The notes under the pieces were generated by a model. It made no database searches. It was not told where the DNA came from and saw only the letters and a list, made by a program, of their open reading frames with translations. Made by a program: the position numbers and the translations under genes. A stretch of 18,585 nt of DNA from Sandaracinaceae bacterium. GTDB lineage: Bacteria > Myxococcota_A > Polyangia > Polyangiales > Sandaracinaceae. Positions 1 to 9,061 of the stretch are shown here, piece after piece (positions within the stretch are counted from its first letter, which is position 1; every line of letters begins with the position of its first letter). The stretch is from assembly GCA_044220955.1 (NCBI GenBank), contig JBGAQA010000015.1, forward strand, positions 87,194-105,778, read 5' to 3'.

Positions 1-1913
<1,913 letters not shown>

Positions 1914-1931
1914 AGCCTGGCGCGAGGCCCC

Positions 1932-3936
1932 TCAGTGCGCGTGGACGAGGAAGCCGACGTCGTAGCCCGTGCCGCCGCCGATCCACTCGCCGAACATGGT
2001 CCCGACGCCGTGGAGCCAGCCGCCGTAGGTGATGCCGGCGGCGTCGACGACGATGCCGGCGATCACGTCGCTCTGCCCGGAGACGGATCCGGCGCCGCCG
2101 TTGCTCCACGAGTCGACGCCACGGAACGAGCCGTCGAGGCCCCGTGACCAGAGGAACGCGACGCCGTTCGACTGCACGGCGCCCGCCATGTTGCGCGTGA
2201 AGGTCTGCGAGCCACCGCCGAAGTCGATCATCGCGCTCCCCGTCGGCAGCCCGATCCAGCCGCCGACGTAGAGCGCGTCCGCCCCGTCGGCGCTCAGCGC
2301 GCTGACGCGCCCGCCGCCCGCGCCGATCGCGACGGCCCGCGTCGCCGCCGCCAGCGGGGCGCCGTCGCCCGCGCCCAGCGCGAGCGTGAGCAGGATCTCT
2401 GCCGACGCGCCGGGGACGAGCGCGGTGGAGGCCGCGCTGCCCGACGGGCCCGCGAGGGTGACGGGGAGCGAGGTGCACCCCGCGTCCGTGAGCGCGGCCC
2501 ACACGGCGCCCGCGTTGCGCGTCACGCGGATCGACGTCGTGTCCGTGCAGCCTGCGAGGTACGTGGTCCAGAGCCAGCCGCCGCCGGAGTCCAGGCGCAC
2601 GACCGCGACCTCGTGCCCGGCGCCCCCGGCGACGAGCGGATGCAGGCCCGTCATACGCCCGTTCGACGCGAGCCCGACGAGCACGCCGCGCGCGGAGTCG
2701 CCGTCGATCCAGAGCGCGTCGAGCGCGCCGGTGCCCATCCCCGTCGCGCGCACGAGGGCGCCGGTGCTCGGATCGAGCGTCGCGAGGACGCCCTGACCGC
2801 TCGCATCCCCGTCGAGCGTGCTCGGGGCGAGTCCACCGACGTGGATCGGGCTCGTGGTCACGGTGCGGGAGGCCACGACGACGCCGAGGTCGGTCACCGC
2901 CGCGCCGACGCCCACGTCGACGCCGCCGTTCGTGCCGAGCGAGCTCGCCCAGAGCGTCGCTCCGCTCGACGGGTCGAGGCCCGCCGCGAACGCGTCCTGC
3001 ATGTCCACCGCGGTCAGCGTCACGGGCGCGACGGGGAAGGTCCCCACGAAGGCGCCCGTGACGACGAGCTGGCCGTCCAGGAGGTCGATCGAGGCGATCG
3101 CGGCCGTGCCCTCGAGCGGACGCAGCCACTCGAGCACGCCCGAGGACGAGACGTGCGCGACCCACACCGCCGCGGGACCGCTGGACATCGCGGTCGACGA
3201 GGCGAGGCTGACGCCGAAGTTCGCCTCCTTGGTGGTGAAGCCGGCGACCGCGACGCCCGTGGGCGTGCCGCAGAGGGCCGTCACGCGCGTGCGCGGGTCG
3301 GTGGCCGCGGGGACCTCGTAGCCCTGCAGGAGCCAGTCGAAGGCGAGCCCGCCCACCGCAGGGCCGGCGGGACCACCGTCGAGCGGCCCCGCGTCTCTGC
3401 GCGTTCCTGCCGGCCGGCCGCCGTCCGAGAGCTCGTCGCCGTCGCGCGCGACGGGCGAGAGCGAGGTCGGATCGATCTCCGGGATCGCGACGCACGCCCC
3501 CGCCTCGCACGTCTGTCCGTCCGGACACGTGACCGCGGCGCAGCGCGCGGAGAGGAACACCGGCAGGGCCAGCCGCTGACCGCGGATGAAGCCGGTACGG
3601 ACGATGCGCGTGACCGTCGGGGTCGACGGGGACGACTCGTCGCAGCGCGCCATCGCGCTGACCCGCAGCTCGACGCGCGCGCTCGCGTCGTCGCCCGGAG
3701 GCAAGAGGCCGAACGAGAACGGGAGCGACACCGCCGGGATCCCGGGGCCGTGCACGTGGAACCAGTGCGGCGTGTCGATCGGCGAGAAGGGCGCGCCCGC
3801 GTCGATGCGCGAGGCCTCCGCCACGACGCACGCGATCTGCGCGTCCGGCAGGTCCGAGGAGACCACGGGCACGAGCTGCGTGCGGGGCTGCGCACGCGCA
3901 GAGGCCGAGCAGCAGTAGACAGGACATCGGTCTCAC
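1932..3936 (-). CDS. Myxobacterial-type lipoprotein with Cys-rich motif, DAG/DGG linker and C-terminal beta-propeller-like region; frameshift at ~3891 (pseudogene or sequence error)
   Basis: Body frame 1932..3890 reads QPRTQLVPVVSSDLP...RCAAVTCPDGQTCEAGACV...DGGRPAGTRRDAGPLDGG, then repeats such as SSSGVLEWLR, DPSSGATLWAS and RLDSGGGWLW. A lipoprotein signal MRPMSCLLLLGLCAC (GTG 3936 or ATG 3927, GAGG upstream) lies directly upstream in a different frame. Confidence 0.75.
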
Positions 3937-3954
3937 GTCGCGAGCCTCGTCAGG

Positions 3955-4923
3955 GTGCGAGCCAATCCACGGATCTCGATTGTGGCTTCCATCGGGGCCC
4001 GGCGCCCGCCAACATCTCGCGTCGTGACACCGGCGGACAGCGTACCGGACATCGCCCACGTCGAGCGCATCGGCGCGCCCGGGGTCGAGCCGCGCCTGCT
4101 GATCGAGGTGCCGCACGGCGCCGATCGGCGCGCGCACTACGACGCGTGGCGCCGCAAGCTCGTGGGGACGCTCCCGCCCGACCTGCACTGCTTCTTCCAC
4201 GTGAACACCGACGTCGGCGCGTGGCAGTACGGGCGGCGCGTCGCCGAGCGCGTCGCCGCGGCGCGAGCGGACGTCGGGGTCCTCCTGGTCCGCTGCCTGG
4301 TGCCGCGGACCTTCATCGACACCAACCGCGTGCCCGACGCGCCCGACGCGCTCGCGAGCGGCGGGATGACGCCGGCCCTCGCGCCCTACGTCGAGGCCGC
4401 CGAGGATCGCGCGCTCTTGATCGGCGCCCACCGCACGTACGTCGACCTCGTCGCGCGCGCCTACGAGCTCGTCTGCGGGGCGGGCGGCTTCGCGCTCAGC
4501 CCGCACACGTACGGGCCGCGCACGCTCGCGATCTCCAAGATCGATCACGAGATCGTCGACGCGCTCCGACGGGCGCACGAGCCCGCCGCGATCGAGGCGG
4601 CGCCGCTGCGCCCCGAGCTCGACCTGATCACGCGACGCCCGGACGGCGCGCGCGTCGCGCCCGACGGGATCGTCGAGGAGCTGATCGCCCGATACGCGAA
4701 GATCGGCGTCACCGCGACCGAGTCGGCGACCTACAAGATGAGCGAGGCGACCCAGAGCTGGCGCTGGCAGCTCGGCTACCCGCAGCAGGTGCTCTGCCTC
4801 GAGGTGCGGCGCGACCTCCTGGTCGAGACCTGGACGCCCTTCGAGGAGCAGACGGTGAAGGAGACCGCGGCGGACCGCTTCGCGGGGCCCCTCGCCGAGG
4901 CGATCTCGGCGCGGCTGCCATGA
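3955..4923 (+). CDS. N-formylglutamate amidohydrolase-like (Zn-peptidase fold) protein; true start possibly GTG at 4024
   Basis: Motif order LLIEVPHG, HVNTDVGA, PRTFIDTNR, PHTY, RPELDL, LCLEVRRDL resembles the FGase family pattern (PH.G, TD, R..ID.NR, H, EVRRDL). Strong GC3 bias from about 4024. Stop overlaps the rsmI start (ATGA). Confidence 0.65.
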   Translation: MRANPRISIVASIGARRPPTSRVVTPADSVPDIAHVERIGAPGVEPRLLIEVPHGADRRAHYDAWRRKLVGTLPPDLHCFFHVNTDVGAWQYGRRVAERVAAARADVGVLLVRCLVPRTFIDTNRVPDAPDALASGGMTPALAPYVEAAEDRALLIGAHRTYVDLVARAYELVCGAGGFALSPHTYGPRTLAISKIDHEIVDALRRAHEPAAIEAAPLRPELDLITRRPDGARVAPDGIVEELIARYAKIGVTATESATYKMSEATQSWRWQLGYPQQVLCLEVRRDLLVETWTPFEEQTVKETAADRFAGPLAEAISARLP

Positions 4924-5774
4924 GCGGACGCCTCTACGTCGTCGCCACGCCCATCGGCAACCTCGAGGACATCACGCTGCGCGCGCTGCGCGTCCTGCGC
5001 GAGGCGGACGCGGTGCTGGCCGAGGACACACGGCACACCCGGACGCTGCTGATGCACCATCAGATCGCCACCAAGCTGGTCGCGCTGCACGCACACACCC
5101 CCCCTTCGCGCGTCGCGTCGCTCGCCGCCGAGCTGGGGGCGGGCGCCTCGTTCGCGCTCGTCACGGACGCCGGCACGCCGCTGGTGAGCGACCCCGGCGC
5201 GGAGCTCGTGCGGGCCGCGATCGAGCTCGGCGTGCCGGTGACGCCCATCCCGGGGCCCTCGGCCCCGCTGAGCGCGCTCGTCGCGTCCGGCCTCGCCGCG
5301 CCGACGTTCGAGTTCGTCGGGTTCCTGCCGCGCTCCGGCGGCAAGCGTCGCGATCGGCTGGCGCGGCTCGCGAAGGCACCGGGCGCCGTGGTGCTCTTCG
5401 AGTCCCCCAATCGGCTCGCCTCGACGCTCGCCGACCTCTCGGGCGTCGTCGGCGAGCGCCCGGTCGCGGTCTGCCGGGAGCTCACCAAGCTCCACGAGGA
5501 GATCGCTCGCGGCACGGCCGCGGAGCTGGCCCAGCGCTTCGCGGAGGGCGCGCGCGGCGAGATCACCGTCGTCATCGGCGCACCGGCGAGCGACCCCGAC
5601 GAGGCGGAGCCGCTCGACGAGGAGGCGCTCGACCGCGCCATCGACGCCCTGCGCGAGGAGGGCCTCAGCGCCCGCGACACGGCCGACCGGCTCGCCGCCT
5701 CGACCGGCCACCCGCGGCGCGAGGTCTACCAGCGGGTCCTCGGCCGGCGGGCGGCCTCGGACGACGAAGCCTGA
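4920..5774 (+). CDS. rsmI: 16S rRNA (cytidine1402-2'-O)-methyltransferase
   Basis: MSGRLYVVATPIGNLEDITLRAL, AEDTR, VTDAGTPLVSDPG, PIPGPSA, FVGFLPR, FESPNR, CRELTKLHEE, RGEITVV. ATG at 4920 overlaps the upstream TGA; 284 aa. It is the 3' part of the 1053-aa ORF-track entry. Confidence 0.97.
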   Translation: MSGRLYVVATPIGNLEDITLRALRVLREADAVLAEDTRHTRTLLMHHQIATKLVALHAHTPPSRVASLAAELGAGASFALVTDAGTPLVSDPGAELVRAAIELGVPVTPIPGPSAPLSALVASGLAAPTFEFVGFLPRSGGKRRDRLARLAKAPGAVVLFESPNRLASTLADLSGVVGERPVAVCRELTKLHEEIARGTAAELAQRFAEGARGEITVVIGAPASDPDEAEPLDEEALDRAIDALREEGLSARDTADRLAASTGHPRREVYQRVLGRRAASDDEA

Positions 5775-5852
5775 AGAGCTGTCGCGGAATCGGGACGGCT
5801 CTTCTCGCGTCGCGATACGCGGCCCCGGCAAAGCGATTTCCGGCGACGCGAG
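5773..5852. repeat. Two adjacent inverted repeats after rsmI (possible terminator or RNA-stability structures)
   Basis: GAAGAGCTGTC (5773-5783) / GACGGCTCTTC (5794-5804), 11 bp with one G-U pair; CTCGCGTCGC (5804-5813) / GCGACGCGAG (5843-5852), 10 bp perfect. No U-tract. Confidence 0.55.
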
Positions 5853-5855
5853 TCA

Positions 5856-5864
5856 TGGTAGCCT
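5856..5864 (+). promoter_or_regulatory. Putative extended -10 promoter (TGnTAGCCT) giving a leaderless mRNA
   Basis: TG-G-TAGCCT (TAnnnT) ends 6 nt before the GTG at 5871, and no Shine-Dalgarno-like sequence is present. Confidence 0.5.
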
Positions 5865-5870
5865 CGCCTC

Positions 5871-7655
5871 GTGCGAAGGCTCGCTCTTCTCTGGCTCGCA
5901 GGGCTGTGTTCTCTGGCTGGTGTCTCGTGCGCAGGAACGGCGGGCCCACCGCTCGCGGTGCACGTGGACTGGGGCCTCGACGGCCCCGCCGGCACCATCC
6001 CCGCGGCCGTCACCCAGCTCACCGTGCTCGTCTACGTCGAGGGCACCTCCGAGCCGCAGAGCTCGATCAACACCGTGGCCAACCTCGACGACGTCGATGG
6101 CAACGGGCACCCCGAGCTCATCCGCGGCGATCTTCCGACGGGCGTGCCGATCCGGATCACGATCGAGGGCCAGGGCGCCGGCGGCGCGCTCGTCTACCTC
6201 GGCCATGCGGGCCCGTTCACGCTCGCGGCCGGCGAGCGACGCTACGTCGACCTCCGCATGTACGCCGTCGGCGCGTACACGACGATCGACGCCGGGACGA
6301 CGGCGGCGCGCATGCTCGCCACCGCGACGGCGCTGAGCGACGGGCGCGTCCTGATCGCCGGAGGCTTCACCCGCGCCACCTCCACCCCCTGCCCCGGCAG
6401 CGTCCCCTCGGCCTCGACGTGCTTCGACCTCACGGCGGCTGGCGACGCGCTGATCTTCGAGACCGCGACCGGGACCTTCTTCCCGGTCCAGGGCGGGCTC
6501 CTGCACGCGCGCGGCGGCCACACGGCGACCCTCTTGCCGGGAGACCGTGTGCTGCTCGCGGGCGGCTCCTCGCACGCGCTGCTCGCGCTCACGCCCGGCC
6601 GGGTCGCTGGCACGTACACGCCCACGCTGCAGTCGCTCGACACCAGCATCGTCACCGGAGCGAGCTTCGAGATCTTCCAGCCCGACGCCAACACCGAGGC
6701 CGAGGACGTCGACCGCGACGGCGACCCGGGCCGCGGCGGCTTCGCGGGGGCCGCGGACGACCCCACGATGCTCGGCCGGCTCGACGCGCCTCGCTTCATG
6801 CACGCGGCGGCACGCGTCCCCGGTCACCCCTCGCAGGTGCTCCTCGTCGGCGGCATCGACGCGCCCGACAGCTGGGTCGTGTACGACGACGCGCGCGCCG
6901 GTGGCTACGGCGTGCTCGACTCGACCGCGAACCGCCTGCAGGTCTCGCGCGCCATGCCGACCATCGCGCCGATCCGCGGCTCGATGGGCGAGGCCCTCTG
7001 GATCTTCGGCGGCGGTGACGCCGCCCGCAACGCCGACCTCGCCGAGGTGTGGACGCCCTCGGCGACGGCGCCGAGCGGCGGGACCGTCTCAGCCGCGATG
7101 CGCATGTTCCCCGACACGACCGACCACCCGGAGTACGCGCTGATCGGCGCGAGCGCGGTCCCGCTGGACGCGACGCACGCGGTCGTCGTGGGCTGGTATG
7201 GACCGCTCTGCGACCCGGCAGGCTCGGCGACCGCGCCCGTGTTCGGGTCGAGCGCCTCGCTCGAGCGCTGCGACTTCCCCCTGACCGGCTCGCGCAGCTT
7301 CACGGTCGACGGCATGACCGGCCGCGCGACGCTCACGACCACCCACACGCGGCACGCCTTCGCTGCCGGGGTGCGCATGAGCGACGGCACTGCCCTCTTC
7401 ACGGGCGGCATCGGCGCGCTCACCATGGTGACCGCGGGCACCAGCGATCACTTCAACGCGACGGTCCCCGGGACTGGCGCGGCCGCGACGAGCGACGTGC
7501 AGCCGATGCTCAACCAGCCGCGCGCCTTCCACGCGCAGGCCGCCCTCGACGACGGCGGCGCGCTCGTGGTCGGCGGTCTGAGCATCAACACGACCGCCTC
7601 CGTCCCGACGGTCACGATCGTGACGGGCCCGGAAGTCCTCTACCTGCCCCGCTGA
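5871..7655 (+). CDS. Lipoprotein with kelch/galactose-oxidase-type propeller repeats and DxDxDG-type loops
   Basis: Signal MRRLALLWLAGLCSLAGVSC (lipobox-like GVSC). Kelch-like repeats ATALSDGRVLIAGG, RGGHTATLLPGDRVLLAGG, RFMHAAAR...VLLVGG, RHAFAAGVRMSDGTALFTGG, RAFHAQAALDDGGALVVGG. Loops DVDGNG and DVDRDG. Confidence 0.8.
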   Translation: MRRLALLWLAGLCSLAGVSCAGTAGPPLAVHVDWGLDGPAGTIPAAVTQLTVLVYVEGTSEPQSSINTVANLDDVDGNGHPELIRGDLPTGVPIRITIEGQGAGGALVYLGHAGPFTLAAGERRYVDLRMYAVGAYTTIDAGTTAARMLATATALSDGRVLIAGGFTRATSTPCPGSVPSASTCFDLTAAGDALIFETATGTFFPVQGGLLHARGGHTATLLPGDRVLLAGGSSHALLALTPGRVAGTYTPTLQSLDTSIVTGASFEIFQPDANTEAEDVDRDGDPGRGGFAGAADDPTMLGRLDAPRFMHAAARVPGHPSQVLLVGGIDAPDSWVVYDDARAGGYGVLDSTANRLQVSRAMPTIAPIRGSMGEALWIFGGGDAARNADLAEVWTPSATAPSGGTVSAAMRMFPDTTDHPEYALIGASAVPLDATHAVVVGWYGPLCDPAGSATAPVFGSSASLERCDFPLTGSRSFTVDGMTGRATLTTTHTRHAFAAGVRMSDGTALFTGGIGALTMVTAGTSDHFNATVPGTGAAATSDVQPMLNQPRAFHAQAALDDGGALVVGGLSINTTASVPTVTIVTGPEVLYLPR

Positions 7656-7673
7656 GCGCGCGCACGGCCGCCC

Positions 7674-8888
7674 TCAGGCGGCCGCGAAAGGCCCCACGAA
7701 GGGCTCGAGCCGCGCCGACGGCACGGGCACCGCGCGGCGCTCGCTGTCCCGGCCGGGCCGGGTCGGACGGGAGGGGACCGCGCTCGGGCGCGTCACCGCC
7801 CCTCCGAGCCAGGCGACGAGGTCGTCGACGATGGCCGCCGCCGCCTCGGGTCGGCCGTTCTCGCGCGCTGCGCGAGCCATCGCGGCCCGCCGGCGCTCGT
7901 CGCCGAGCAGCCCCCGGAGCGTCTCGCCCAGCGCCTGCTCGTCGAGGTCGGCATCGCGCACCATCACCGCCGCCCCCGCGCGCTGGAGCGCCTCGGCGTT
8001 CTTCGTCTGGTGGTCGTCGGCCGCGTGGGGGTACGGCACGAGCACGGCGGGCCGACCGATCGCGCAGATCTCGGCGAGCGTGGTGGCGCCGGCCCGCGCC
8101 ACGACGAGCTGGGCACTGGCGTACGCGCGCGCCATGTCGTCGATGAAGGGCACCACCTCGGCGCGAACACCCAGCTCCGCGTAGCGCGCCCTCACGGCTT
8201 CCAGCATCGCGGCGCCCGTCTGGTGGACCACCTCGAGCCCGGCGACGCCCGAGCGCGCGAGCGCGCCCGGCAGGACCTCGTTCACGTGCTGCGCGCCCTG
8301 CGAGCCGCCGACGACGAGCACCTTGCGCGCGCGGGCCTCGAAGCCCGACGGGTCGGCCTGCGCCATCCTCGCCGCCTCGACGAACGCGCGACGCACGGGG
8401 TTGCCCACCACGCGCGCCTTGTCGCCGAAGATCGTGCGCGTCTCCTCGAAGGTCACGTACGCGCGGCCGACGATCGGCGCGAGGATCCGGTTCGTCATGC
8501 CGACGTGCGCGTTCTGCTCGAGCAGCGCCACGCGGATCCCGAGCGTGCGCGCCGCGATGAGCATGGGACCCGAGGCGTACCCACCGACGCCGAGCACGAC
8601 GTCGGGACGCGCGGCGCGCAGGATCGACACGCAGCGCGCGTACGCGCCGGGCAAGCGCATCAAGCTCGCGATCAGCTCCCCGGCGCTCCGCCCCTTCAGC
8701 GGCGTGACGTCGAGCAGCTCGAGCTTCTCGCTCGCCTTCGGTAGCACGCGCGCCTCGATGCCCTTGGGCGTGCCGACGAAGGTCACCTCGAGCGGCGACA
8801 CACGCCGCCTCAGCTCCTCGACCACGGCCATGCCCGGGAAGAGGTGACCGCCCGTCCCTCCGCCCGCGATCAGTACGCGCTCGATCAT
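7674..8888 (-). CDS. murG: UDP-GlcNAc:lipid I N-acetylglucosaminyltransferase
   Basis: IAGGGTGGHLFPG, GVGGYASGP, EQNA, GNPVR, VVGGSQGA, HQTG, ARAGATT, DDHQTKNA; about 40-aa Pro/Arg-rich C-terminal tail. Confidence 0.98.
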   Translation of the reverse strand: MIERVLIAGGGTGGHLFPGMAVVEELRRRVSPLEVTFVGTPKGIEARVLPKASEKLELLDVTPLKGRSAGELIASLMRLPGAYARCVSILRAARPDVVLGVGGYASGPMLIAARTLGIRVALLEQNAHVGMTNRILAPIVGRAYVTFEETRTIFGDKARVVGNPVRRAFVEAARMAQADPSGFEARARKVLVVGGSQGAQHVNEVLPGALARSGVAGLEVVHQTGAAMLEAVRARYAELGVRAEVVPFIDDMARAYASAQLVVARAGATTLAEICAIGRPAVLVPYPHAADDHQTKNAEALQRAGAAVMVRDADLDEQALGETLRGLLGDERRRAAMARAARENGRPEAAAAIVDDLVAWLGGAVTRPSAVPSRPTRPGRDSERRAVPVPSARLEPFVGPFAAA

Positions 8889-9061
8889 GACCCACCCAAT
8901 TGCGTCGGCTCGCCGCTCCGGCCCCTACCGTCCGCGGGCACGGCTGGAGGCGTCCGCCCGGCGGACGCGACGCAATTGTGTCGGCCCGCCTTCGGCGGGC
9001 ACTCCAGCCTTCCGCCCGCTCCCGTCCGGGTCCTCCGGACGAGCACTCCTGCCTTCTTCAT
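8885..9061 (-). other. Structured intergenic element with a 58-aa bridging mini-ORF (MKKAGVLV...EPTQLGGS)
   Basis: ATG overlaps the ftsW stop (TGATG) behind GGGAGG; TGA overlaps the murG start (ATGA). Contains a four-way-junction fold at 8942-9009 and is homologous to 12805-12882. Confidence 0.7.

Noticed and set aside
2613..5774. 1053-aa ORF ending in RsmI (apparent large N-terminal fusion)
   Set aside because: The first ~770 aa are Arg/Ala-rich shadow translation overlapping two better genes. RsmI starts at ATG 4920 with an ATGA overlap.
7764..7776. CGGACGGGAGGGG in the murG tail (and CCCGGACGGGGAGG at the ftsI end) as further element copies
   Set aside because: Short GC-rich matches with no flanking homology; the murG one is in the opposite orientation. 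Chance cannot be excluded.
8942..9009. tRNA gene
   Set aside because: Cloverleaf topology only: loops are at most 4 nt, with no TTC-containing 7-nt T loop, no anticodon loop and no CCA.
8897..9028. CRISPR array or complete IS element
   Set aside because: Only two imperfect repeat copies with no regular spacers, no cas or transposase gene, and no terminal inverted repeats.
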